From Pristiophorus japonicus (Eukaryota), in contig NC_091987.1 of NCBI RefSeq assembly GCF_044704955.1, positions 107,942,001 to 108,006,000 on the forward strand: a stretch of 64,000 nucleotides of DNA, read 5' to 3'. The position numbers were made by a program, and so were the translations under genes. The notes under the pieces were generated by a model. It did not search any database. It was not told the DNA's origin and worked only from the letters and a program-made list of their open reading frames with translations. Every line of letters begins with the position of its first letter. Position 1 is the stretch's first letter. Below are positions 11,685 through 23,159 of this stretch, piece after piece.

Positions 11685-12332
11685 GGCCTCTCTGGGACAT
11701 TGGCCCCGGTTTTCATGAGTTGCAAGGCCCGCCCATTTGCCACCCAAAGGACCGCCAATGGCCGCCGAGAGACCGGGCGGTACTTTGCCATGAAGGTCCC
11801 TCTAAAAGAGGTGGCAGTGCCGCCAGCGGCAAAATAACCGCTTACGCCGTCAATCTGGGTGGCAGTGGGCGGGAGCTCTCAATCTCAGCGGCAAAGGCCG
11901 AGGATGGAGTCGGGCCCAGGGAGGGGGGAACTCTGAAAAGTAAAAAACATTACAAAAGAAAATCACCGGAACATCTTCAGGGGACCCTATCGTTGTAAAA
12001 AAAAATGTAAAAGATGTTTACTAACCTTCTTTTGCAGGTCTTCATACCTAGCATCGGGGTAAGAACAGCCTTCACACAGCGATCCTTACCCCTGCTGGCG
12101 CTGAATCCCATCGACTCCCGCCCGCACCAATCTGGCAGCTCGGCGGGTGGGAGCCACTTGCGCGACTTGGCCGCCAGAGGCCATCAGCGGGCGGTTCCCG
12201 GCGGTGCTCCCCCCACCCCCCCCCCACCCCGCCCGCTCCAACCCAAGAGGAAAATGTCGAGGAGAGGAAAGCAGCAGGAAAACCCAGCGGCAGTCGGTGG
12301 CAGCAGGCAGTAAGGCCCCCAATATCGAGGTC
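11685..12332. mobile_element. GC-rich MITE-like element
   Basis: Right end CCAATATCGAGGTC is an imperfect inverted match to left GGCCTC(tctgg)GACATTGG; abrupt GC shift. Confidence 0.5.
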
Positions 12333-12756
12333 AATGCCTTTGAGTCTGGTCTATGGGCTTCTCTGGAAATGTCTTGTTTATGCAATCATACTGTGAGCAG
12401 GTGCAGCACTTTGATTCCGTGTTTGGTCAGTGAGAGTTAGCGGGCTCTCTAAAATTTACACAAGTAACTTTTCTTCTCTCTCCCGTCTCCTCCCCTCTTC
12501 CGACTGTGCTGACATACACTGGGAATATGGCTCCATGCTGCCCATCACGGTTTGCTACCTGACCCGTCTTGACCATTCTTCATGTGCACGTCTGCTCAGC
12601 CATCGCCAACTGGGCTATTGGAACGTGGGAGTATCGCCCGATCCTACCCTCACCCAATCCTCCACGCACACAGTGAAAGTCACTAAAGATCAGTTGACTC
12701 AGCACAAACTGGGCCATTACACCTGTCTTTGCTCCTCTATTCCAAGCACTTAAACT

Positions 12757-13430
12757 GAGACCACTTTGCCGAACTCTTCCGTTCAGTCCGTAAGCGTGAC
12801 CCCGAGATTTCGGTCGCCTGTCACTTTCATTCCTTGTACCACTCCCACTCTGACCTCTCCATCCTCGGCCTCTTAAACTGTTCTAATGAAGCTCAACGCA
12901 AGCTCGAGGAACAGCACCTCATCTTTTGTTTAGGCACTTTACAGCAACAAAAGTACTTTATTGGCTGTAAAGCACTTTGTGACATCCGGTGGTTGTGAAA
13001 GGCACTATATAAATGCAAGTCTTTGATGCTTTCTTTCTGGACTCAACATCAAGTTCAAGTCAACACAAAGTTCAACAATTTCAGACTGTAACCCCCACCC
13101 CTATTTTCTTTATATATTTTTTTTCCTTTCCCCTGGCAGTTGTTTCATTACCATCTCCTTTTGCCTTGCACCATCATCTGTTTTGTCTCTTAATCTCTCC
13201 TGCCTCCCACCCTATCACAGACCCTCCCTCTTCTTCTTTCCTCCCCTTGCCCTCTTTCCCTGCCCCTACACTTGCTTAAAAACCTGTTACATCTCCAGTT
13301 CTGACGAAGAGTCGTTGACCTGAAACATTAACCCTGTTTCTCCCTCCGCAGATGCTGCCTGACCCACGGAGTATTTCTGGCATTCTCTGTTTTTATTTCA
13401 GATTTCCAGCATCTGCAGTATTTTGCTTTT
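12757..13430 (+). mobile_element. Penelope-like element 3' end (GIY-YIG C-terminus plus terminal repeat), interrupted by a SINE tail at about 12946-13038
   Basis: Translates ...VACHF...HSHSDLSILGL...EAQRKLEEQHLIF.LGTLQ, followed by CTGACGA...GAAAC. Confidence 0.8.
13296..13336 (+). ncRNA. Minimal type I hammerhead ribozyme motif of a Penelope element, decayed
   Basis: CAGTT-CTGACGA-AGAGTC-GTT-GACCT-GAAAC-ATT-AACCCTG. Confidence 0.6.
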
Positions 13431-13451
13431 GTAACTGTGTCATTGTGCTTG

Positions 13452-13645
13452 AAACATAGAAACATAGAAAGTAGGTGCAGGTGTAGGCCATTCAGCCTTC
13501 GAGCCTGCACCACCATTCAATATGATCATGGCTGATCATGCAACTTCAGTACCTCATTCCTGCTTTCTCTCCATACCTCTTGAACCCTTTAGCTGTATGG
13601 GTCACATCTAACTCCCTTTTGAATATATCTAACAAACTGGTCTCA
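13452..13645 (-). mobile_element. CR1 3' end
   Basis: AAACATAGAAACATAGAAA tail and 3'UTR. Confidence 0.9.
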
Positions 13646-13849
13646 GCACTCAGAATTTACATGTTAGCCAGAGGATAATGCTGTATTCTCAAAAAACTGG
13701 CCTTCAATGGGCAGTAAATAGTGAGTGTGGCTGGGATTTGCCAAGTGAAAGTCTGACAGACTGTTGCAAAGGGCTCCATTTCTGTTAAAAGTGACAAATG
13801 GATGGTGCACTATGGTGGTTTATGGAATGAATAGGCAGAGATCTCCATC

Positions 13850-14278
13850 GTATGAGGGAGTTCACTTATGAGGAGAGATTGGAGAAGCTCCTTAGAGCAG
13901 AGAAGGTTAAGGGGAGACCTCATAGAGGTATTCAAAAGTCTGAAGGGTTTTGATTGAGCAAGTGAGGAGAAGCTGACCGGAGAAGCTGACCAGTGGGTCA
14001 GTAACCAGAGGTCAGAGATTTAAAATAATTGGCAAAAGAACTAGAGGGAAAATTAGGAGAAATATCTTCACACAGATGGTTAAGATCTGGAACACACTTC
14101 CTGAAAGGGTGGAGGAATCAGATTCCATCAAAAATTGGACAGGTACTTGAAGAGGGCTAATTTGTAGGGTTATGCGGAAGAAGTTCTGGTGTGGGATTAA
14201 ATTGGACCGCTCTTTCATCAGGCTGTCACAGGCACGGACTAAATGGTCTCCTTCTGTGCTGTCATATTCTATGATTGT
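13850..14278 (+). mobile_element. Old CR1 3' fragment
   Basis: YEERLEKL...LRGDLIEVFK remnants and ATTCTATG-type tail. Confidence 0.8.
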
Positions 14279-14631
14279 ATTAAATTTTCTGTTTATGTCC
14301 TGCACTCCTTATTTGAACATCACCATTTTGTGACACACAGTCTCTTCCCGCAGATACACACATCGACCAACAGATGTTCCAAAAACTCCAGATTCTGCAT
14401 ACCGATACTTGTAGCATGTCTAACGCACTCTAAGGCAAATGCTCTTTGTCCTGACTTTCTCATGGCAGATCCAATAGATCCAATTGCCCTCCCAGGCAAT
14501 CCAATCAAATACCCCAGGGACAATAGTTTCAGTGATGCTGTCATCGTGCACAGCAGTCAACCTGGATCGAATAGCAGTGAGGATGTCTTCTTGGCTGTTG
14601 ATCTCTTTTCTTTAAAAACAGTTGGGCGAAG

Positions 14632-15418
14632 GGGGGTGAAATTGTCCCGCGGCCCAATTGAGTGCGGTAACCTAGCGGGGCCGGGACTTTTAAAGTCCGG
14701 CGCGGAACTCCCGCCCCCGATACTTACTGCCCCTCAATAGAAGTGGAATGCAATCTCCCGCACTCCACTTCCTTTGGGGTGGGTCTTGGGGCGCTACTGG
14801 GGTGGTGAGTCAAGCACTACGCGGATGTTCGGCACAGCGCTGACGTGCTTCAGCACTCCTCCCGTTCGACTGAAGAGGAAGGCCGCTGTGCGCTCTGCAC
14901 GGCCTCTGATGGCCGCCACGGGGCCACCAGGGCAGCGTGCGACCGGACTGCCGGCCCAGCACCCAGGGCGCAGTGCCGGGCTCCACGATGGCAGCCCGGA
15001 CCACGCAAGGGCCGGCTATTGTTGAACCGACCCGAGAGTCGGCCGACAAAAAAATATGGCGGCCTGTGTGGCGCTGGCGCCCTCCTCTTTAATCAGCGTC
15101 CCGAGAGCGGATATCTGCCAGCATCACGACCTGCAAATCTGGCGTTGATATCTGCCCGCGCCAGCCTCATGGCCCATGGGGCAACTTCTCCCGTGGACCG
15201 GTAAAGGGTCGGGGCGGTGAGGGGTCACCGCGCACGGTGATGATATCATCGCCGGTTGCGCAGCTGTTCTGGGTGCTAACCGCGGGGCACGGCACTGCCG
15301 TGACAATGCCTCCGCAACCCTCCCGGGCAATTTCCCGAGAGCCGGTAGCGCCCCCCCCCCCCCACCCCACACAGAAACTGTCCTGTGCCCCATTAGCGCC
15401 CCCTGGAGGCACTAACGA
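14632..15418. mobile_element. GC/CpG-rich Harbinger-type MITE, right end missing
   Basis: Starts GGGGGTGAAATTG; shares motifs (CACTCCACTTCCT, TTAGCGCCCCC) with 33363-34074 and 2163-2927. Confidence 0.6.
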
Positions 15419-15954
15419 TGCTATAAAGATTTTTAAATTTGAGAATGTTTGGTGTCTTCTTGACCTAAAAGCAGTTATTGTTTTGTGTTAAATGGTACTG
15501 GTTCCACCCCAATAGCCTCACAATTTTGATGGGCCAGTTAGTCTCTTCTTTAACATGATATTAAGGGATAGGGAACCAAGGCGGGTAAATGGAGTTGGGG
15601 TAGAGATCAGCCATGATCTAATCACAAGGCGGAACCGGCACAATGGGCTGAAAGACCTACTTGGGTTCCTATGTTCCCATGTTCTTGTTTTTCTTTTAAT
15701 CTGTAATCGTGATATAGATTCAGGTATAGACGGTCTCCAGATCAAATGACAAAGCACCCATTCGATATCAGGGGAGTAGATTGGCCCTTTGCGCTACTTC
15801 TAGTAAATCATAACCAATTTTTCATAAACATGTTTATAATTTCTCTCTATAAATAGCGCACAGAAAAAATCTTTATCCCACCCCATAAGATGGTCGATCA
15901 TTTCTTTCATTTGGAGTGGCATAGGGACAGCGCACACTCATGTCCAAACAGGCA

Positions 15955-16243
15955 GGCACCTGGGAATCCCCGGCCCAAGACCGCCCTAAGTGGAGGAAGA
16001 GCATCCGGGAGGGCGCTGAGCACCTCGAGTCCCCTCGCCGAGAGCATGCAGAAATCAAGCGCAGGCAGCGGAAGGAGCGTGCGGCAAACCAGGCTCCCCA
16101 CCCACCCTTTCCTCCAAACACTGTCTGCCCCACCTGTGACAGAGACTGTAATTCCCATATTGGACTCTTCAGTCACCTGAGAACTCACTGTTAGAGTGGC
16201 AGCAAGTCTTCCTCAATTTCGAGGGACTGCCTATGATGATGAT
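15955..16243 (+). mobile_element. RTE-clade LINE 3' end
   Basis: TWESPAQDRPKWR...CPTCDRDCNSHIGLFSHLRTH zinc-finger C-terminus and (TGA)n tail. Confidence 0.92.
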
Positions 16244-16764
16244 GTCCAAGCGATCATGCAGCAGAGGATCCATTTACTGTCAGCATGCCCAGTGTGTGGT
16301 CTGAGCCTCCATGTGGGCCTGGTGATAGGACACCCATCAATCCCAGCTAGCCCAGTTCCAGAGCAATCATTGGGTGGTGGAGTGATGGCATATATCTGAT
16401 TCTGAGTCTTCTGCGGGAATAGCAGCTATTCAAATCCAGGTAGTCCAGTGACACAGCAGTTACTCAATCACCGAAGGTAGAGCATCCGTTCAATTATGAA
16501 TAATCCAGCAATGTGAACCTCAATTCCAGAGGATATAGTCCAGTGACAGGCCCATGTAGGTGATCTGGTGGAGGGACACATATGTGTTCTGTCCTCCAAA
16601 CATTAGTGGCTGTCGTGTTTTGGAGCTACCAAAGTTGAATCCCAATTTGAATTAAAACCCCAAGAATGAATTAAAATGACATTAACATCTCTTCCATTAC
16701 ACTTTGCATGTGGTCTTTTTAGCAATGTTTTACTTCAGGCCCCTGCACGGTCTCGAAACTGTAA

Positions 16765-17900
16765 GATTGCTTGTCCAACATTTCGTTCTGGATGAGCAGA
16801 AATTTTCTCCAATTAAACATTGGGATGACCGAAGCCATTGTTTTCAGTCCCCGCCACAAACTCTGGCCCTAGCCACTGACTCCATCCCTCTCCCCAATTT
16901 ATGTCTGAGACTGAACCAGACTGTTTGCAACCTTGGTGTCATATTTGACCCTGAAATGAGCTTTCGACCACATATCTGCAGCATAACTAAGACCACCTAT
17001 TACCACATCCATAACATCGCCCATCTCCGACCTTGCCGCAGCTCATCCGCTTCTGAAACCCTCATCCATGCCTTTGTTACTTCTAGACTTAACTATTTCA
17101 ACGCACTCGTGGCTTTCTACCCTCTACCCTCTGTAAACTAGAGGTGATCCAAAACTCGGCTGCCCGTGTCCTAACTCGCACCAAGTCCCGCTCACCCATC
17201 ACCCCTGTGCTCGCTGACCTTCATTGGCTCCCGGTTAAGCAATGCCTCAATTTCAAAATTCTTCTCCTTGTTTTCAAATCCCTCCATGGTCTCGCCCCTC
17301 CCTTTCTCTGTAATCTCCTCCAGCCCCACAACCCCCCGAGATGTCTGCACTCTTGACCTTCCCTGATTATAATCCCTCAACAATTGGTGGCCGTGCCTTC
17401 GTTGCCTAGGCCCCAAGCTCTGGAAATCCCTCCCTAAACCTCTCCACCTCTCTACCTCGCTTTCCTCATCAAGACATTAGCTCTTGGTTAAGCAATTTCA
17501 AAATTCTCATCCTTGTTTTCTAATCCCTCCATGGCCTCTCCCCTCCCTATCTCTGTAATCTCCTCCAGCCCCACAACCCGCAGAGATATCTGTGCTCCTC
17601 TAATTCTGCCCTCTTGAGCATCCTTGATTATAATCGTTCAACCATCAGTGGTCGTGTCTTCAGCTGCCAAGGCCCCAAGCTCTGGAACTCCCTGTCTAAA
17701 CCTCTCCACCTCTCTGCCTCTCTTTCCTCCTTTAAGATGTTATTTAAAACCTAACTCTTTGATCAAGCTTTTGGTCATCTGCCCTAATTTCTTCTTATAT
17801 TGCTCAATGTCAAATTTTTTGTCATAATGCTCCTGTAAAGGTCCTTAAAATGTTTTACTATGTTAATGGTGCTATATAAATAAAAGTTGTTGTTGTTGTT
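16765..17900 (+). mobile_element. L2-clade LINE 3' part with a duplicated 3' segment
   Basis: NLGVIFD, ETLIHAFVTSRL and LHWLPV motifs; (TTG)n tail at about 17887-17901. Confidence 0.9.
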
Positions 17901-18703
17901 GTCATCTCATTGTTGCCTTTATCTAACTTAAATCCCCGACTCACATCAAAGTTCTTTGAGCCATTTAATTGGCAGCGGCCTCTCTGGTGACCTAGCGTTC
18001 TCACTGATGGAAAACCTGACCTCCGTACATTAGATAATTTACACACAATATTTAACACGTTACTTTTGAATAAAGAGGTCTTACAGCACCTGGATATATC
18101 AAAATGTGAAACGGGCGGTATCAGATAGGCCGCTCATTGTACGCAGCGCCTGGTACTGACCACCAAGGGACTGAGTCTCAGGTGCTGACTATAATGGGCG
18201 GCCGATCTGATACCGCTGTTTTGTGACGCCACCCGAGATGAATTTCTAGGCCGAAGAATGTTGCCAGCAAGTTATGGTAAAGATAGGTCACTTACATTTT
18301 TATTTTTTACTATGGGAGCTTAGTGATAATAGCATAATATAAAATGCTTTGATATGTTGTGTTATGGCAATCGATAGGAATAATACTTTGCCTCTACGTA
18401 TCAAGGTAGTGCTGGAGGTGAGGGTGAATGAGACTAATTTTGGAATTGAACATGCTGAAGTTTAGTTGCCTTCAACCTGACTGAATCTCAATTTCAGTCC
18501 GCTCTGCTGTCACTAGTCTGCTTCCTGCTGATAAAGTTGGGTTCACCTCTGACATTTTTAACAAGGATGTTTTCCACTTAAAGAGGGACCTTTGGCAACA
18601 CTAGATAAGGGAGGAGAGTTTGGAAAAACTACATGTTATTTTGGGTCACATGCCTGCTCCAGACTCTTTTGTGATGCAATCATCCAATTCAATGAACATT
18701 GAA

Positions 18704-18855
18704 CGGCTAAGGGGATCAAGGGGTATGGAGAGAAAGCAGGAAAGGGGTACTGAGGGAATGATCAGCCATGATCTTATTGAATGGCGGTGCAGGCTCGAAA
18801 GGCCGAATGGCCTACTCCTGCACCTATTTTCTATGTTTCTTTGTCTATGTTTCTA
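18704..18855 (+). mobile_element. CR1 3' tail
   Basis: Near-identical to 5633-5777. Confidence 0.9.
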
Positions 18856-18879
18856 TTCTGTCACCAGGATAACTGCTTC

Positions 18880-19897
18880 CTAATCCAATTCTCTCCCAGC
18901 TGGTCTCCCACCCCTCACCCTCTGTAAACTTGAGCTCATCCAAAACTCCGCTGCCTGTATCCTAACTCGCGCCAAGTCCCACTCACCCATCACCCCTGAG
19001 CTCACTGACCTACATTGGCTTCTGCTCCAGCAAACCCTCAATTTTAAAATTCTCATCCTTGTTTTCAAATCACTCCATGGCTTCGCTCCTCCCTATCTCT
19101 GTAACCTCCTCCAACACCACAACCCTCCAAGATCCAAGCGCTCCTTCAATTCTGGCCTCTTGCACATCCCTGATTTTCATCGCTCCACCATTGGTGGCCC
19201 TGCTACCAGGTGCCTAGCTCTGGAATTCCCTCCCTAAACCGCTCCGTCTCTCTCCTCCTTTAGGATGCTCTTTTACCAAGCTTTTGGTCACCTGTCCTAA
19301 TATCAAATTTTGTTTGATAACACTCCTGTGAAGTGCCTTGTGATGCTTTACTGTGCAAATATGCAGTCTCCCAAGAATACAACCATGACACCAGCAAAGA
19401 CATGCCGATCCAGGCCGACTTGAACAACCTATCACCAACCTCAAATCTAGAGGGCCATTTTGGACCGTCGCCGAAGCCCTTCAGCGATCTCCCCTCTGCC
19501 TTGATGACCGACGGCGAAATGCTTGGAAGAACTGCGACATACGGAATGGGTTCCTTATGGAGAACCCCACACTACAACCTGAAGGATCAAACCTTCCTCG
19601 CAAACAGGGGACAACCATCAACCGCCTCAGAACCGGTCATGGTAGATGCTGCCACCTTCTCTATAGCTGAAAGATTAAAGCCCATCATGCGACTGGAGCT
19701 CCAAATCAGACCCTGGAGCACATCATTGAGCACTGCTCTCAGAGGGAATTAGCAGGCAGCCTACTAGATATCCACACTGTTACACCGGAAGATTTGGCCT
19801 GGATATCTGTAGGTATAGACATTTGATTTGCTTTGCTGCTACCATACGAAAGAAGAAGACTACATTAAAGGTGCTATAGAAATACAAGTTGTTGTTG
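18880..19897 (+). mobile_element. L2 3' end whose tail is split by a Vingi-like insertion
   Basis: Same family as 16765-17900; the tail resumes as TACATTAAAGGTGCTATAG at 19861. Confidence 0.85.
19353..19859 (+). mobile_element. Ingi/Vingi-like (I-group) LINE 3' end
   Basis: An alternative frame reads LKSRGPFW...PEGSNLPRKQ.TTINRLRTGHGRC...CD(C)GAPNQTLEHIIEHC (CCHC finger); tail CATACGAAAGAAGAAGA. Confidence 0.7.
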
Positions 19898-20540
19898 ATG
19901 TTGCTAAATACTTTTCCATAATGGCAATGTCCCTTTATATTACAAACACACTCATTAAATGGCTCATTGCACTTGTTCCTTTGAAGAGTTCTATTGCAAA
20001 GATAATAGATACAATATTTTGTGGTAGGTAAGAAAAAGGTCACTCTGTACATGGTTGCAAAAGTACCTTTAAGTACCTGAATTGAAACAGCGTGGCCATA
20101 ATCTTTTATGAGCCTCAATTTACTGTTGGTAAGTGCCTCACGATTTGTCTAATTTTCTTTTATCTGTCACTATAACCACAGAACATTGCTTCTTACAGTC
20201 CAGGATCCTTGGAACAAAGAGCACATCAGATGAGAGAGATAGCATTAATGTTACATGGAGACTTTCAGTTGACAGGGAATATTTGGCAAGGTAAGAAGGG
20301 GTGTTTTCTGACAGAAGATGTGAGATGCTGATGGGCTCTGATGTGAGCACAAGTAATTTCTACTTGATCAAGGCAAATCCCAGCCGTGTTTCTCCTGCTC
20401 TTACTACAGCTTGCTGTTCTCAGCTTTTGTCGTTAACAACAATATTTTCTATGTTTCTATGTTTCTATGTTTCTATAACTCACATTTCTATAGCACCTTT
20501 AATGTTGCTGTTTGTAGCATCTATAAGATGCATTGCGGCA

Positions 20541-20870
20541 ACTCACCAAGGCTTCTTTGACAGCACCTCCAAAACCCGCGACCTTTACCACCTAAAAGGA
20601 CAAGGGCAGCAGGCGCATGGGAACATCATCACCTCCACGTTCCCCTCCAAGTCGCACACCATCCTGACTAGAAAATATATCGCCGTTCCTTCATCGTCGC
20701 TGGGTCAAAATCCTGGAACTCCCTCTCTAACAGCACTGTGGGAGCACCTTCACCGCACGGACTGCAGCGGTTCAAGAAGGCGGCTCACCACCACCTTCTC
20801 AAGGGTAATTAGGAATGGGCAATAAATGCTGGCCTTGCCAACGACGCCCACATCCCGTGAATGAATAAAT
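20541..20870 (+). mobile_element. CR1/L2-group LINE 3' end of a distinct family
   Basis: Reads ...YRRSFIVAGSKSWNSL...LQRFKKAAHHHLLKGN*; 3'UTR GCCCACATCCCGTGAA also occurs as a stub at about 36410-36440. Confidence 0.7.
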
Positions 20871-20874
20871 TTTA

Positions 20875-21240
20875 AAGAAATCTCAAGAGGCTTCACAGGA
20901 GCGTTATCAGACACAATCTGATGGTGAGGCACATAAGGGGAAATTAAGACAGGTGAACAAAAGCTTGGTGAAAGAGGTGGGTTTTAAGGAACTATTTAAA
21001 GGAGAGAGAGAGGTAGCAAGTCGGAGAGGTTTAGGGAGGGAATTCCAGAGCTTAGGATCTCGGCAGCTGTGGGGACGGCCGCCAATGCTGGAGCGAAGAA
21101 AATCAGTGATGGGCAAGATGCCACAATTAGAGGAACGCAGATACCTCGGGGGGTTGTGGAGCTGAAGGTGATGACAGAGGTAGGGAGGGGCGAGGCCATG
21201 GAGGGATTTGAAATCAAGGTTGAGAATTTTAAAGACGTGA
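20875..21240 (-). mobile_element. L2 3' end
   Basis: FKSLHGLAPPYL...KLWNSLPKPL in ORF 20907-21287. Confidence 0.88.
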
Positions 21241-21424
21241 GAGGCTCGGTTTGGATTCTTCTGCTTTATTTTAAAGGTGTTTTCCAATTTTCTGATCTGG
21301 GCACCTGGTTGTGGGGACGTGGTACTGTTGGAGCCAGTCTACCAGTACTCCTTAAATTTGCTTTGTTGCAAAGGCTTGAAAAACTGCAGCGACAACGCAG
21401 AGTATCCACCACAACAAACACTAG

Positions 21425-22144
21425 GGGGGGGTAAATTCACAAAAATAAGTCAGCCTTGATTCAGTGATGGTCTGAGAGGACTTTTGAAACATATCAGGAA
21501 ACTTTCTGGGACAATGTGTGTCAAGGCTTCACCAACACTTTATTTAATTTATCCCGGAAATTCTCTGAAGACTTCACCTAAGAAGAGTGAGTGTTGTGCG
21601 GTTCTCCCTTATTGGACACCTTATAGCAGTCACCAAGAGAAAGGGTGAGTTTGGTCATGGGCATCTAGCTTGGTCTGCAGGAGGCATGCGAGGAGGATAT
21701 GAGGCCAGGCAGAGCAGCACCAGCTGCTGCAGGAGAGAGGGGGACAGGAGGGCGAGGTAGACTCCTTTCCCCCACTGCTGCGGGTACCGGGCCACCCTCC
21801 TCCTCTGGATCTCCTCCACCAGGACCCTCTCACTCAGTCCCTGAGCCATCCTGAAACGTGCCGTTGTGTGTTCGCCTTCCCACTCCACCCCTACACTGGA
21901 GGTGGGTACGTGGTTCCCACATACACTGCTCCACGAAAATTGTGTCTAATCAGCTCTTGAGTGCTTAACCTGCAGAGGTCTGATTTAGCACCGCCAGGCA
22001 CGTTCAGATCATGATAATAAGCAACTAGGCCCCAAACTGCGTGCTAAAACCAGACTTTCAAGCAGGTGCGACTTGTGAGCATAGCACCCATTCAGCATCA
22101 GTTTTCACTGTTTCATCAAAATAACCCCTGAGGAATTTTGCCTC
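21425..22144 (-). mobile_element. Harbinger deletion derivative or MITE with a Myb/SANT-like remnant
   Basis: Ends GGGGGTAAATTC and GAATTTTGCCTC; minus ORF ...ARF...VLVEEIQRRRVARYP. Confidence 0.5.
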
Positions 22145-22266
22145 AGTTATTCTACCATGACGCCGTATGAAGCTCTTCACTGTGTCAGAGCCCTGTATCA
22201 CACTCCCAGTCAACTGTAATTCAGTTTAATGTGCAGATTATGGTCTATTTCCCAGCAATCCTCTGC

Positions 22267-22448
22267 CATAAAAACCTTGCAATAAAAAGAAAGAAAGACT
22301 TGCATTTATATAGCGCATTTCACGACCACCAGACGTCTCAAAGCGCTTTACAGCCAACGGAATACTTTTGGAGTGTAGTCACTGTTGCAATGTGGGAAAG
22401 GCGGCAGCCAACTTGTGTACAGCAAACTCCCACAAACAGCAATGTGAC
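22267..22448 (-). mobile_element. tRNA-Deu SINE 3' part
   Basis: Matches the tails of the full copies at 47890 and 62726. Confidence 0.85.
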
Positions 22449-23159
22449 TCCCAGCCCTCTATGTGTGGGCCCCCCACAGGGTTACTGCCACCCTTGTCGC
22501 CAAGTCACTGACATCACAGCTCGCACAGCTTTCCGCGGTGTAACTAAAGCTCCCTAGACATTGCTCGCGATCACCAAGGAAGCTGGCTCCAGAATAACGC
22601 CAGGTTAGCGGCTACAGGGCAAGGTGGAGCATTGAGGTGAAGGAAGAGTAATATAATCGGGGCCGGGTGGGAGGGTGAAAAAAAATCATTGAAATCATTT
22701 CAAAGTTAAAGGCGGAAAACAATACTCAGAACTCAGATATACGTCTGGGCTGATAGTGAGGGTGAGATCAACTCTGGGGCCCAGGGATGACAATAGGCAA
22801 TGAGAAGGATGACAGGAGCAGCAGGAACAGGTAGGCAAAATAATTTTTTAAAAGATGTGAAGTAGGTACATGGGAGACAGAGGGGGAAGAAATGATTAAT
22901 AATATTACAAGAAGCAGGACCATAAACCAAATGGCAGATTTTGTGTGCTTGTGAATTGATTCTGTTGATGTGACCTCATGCCTAATCATATCACATGGTT
23001 ATCGTCGAGCAGGGCTGTGCAAAATGCAGCCCTTGAACTCTGGCCATCGGGCCCTCGTAACCCAGGCAACGCAGCCATCTTTGTAGTTATATTTCTTATT
23101 TTGTGGTTTCTCCAGTTTGAGGTGTGTGGGCTTGGAGGTTTGGAAAACCTGTTGCCTCA

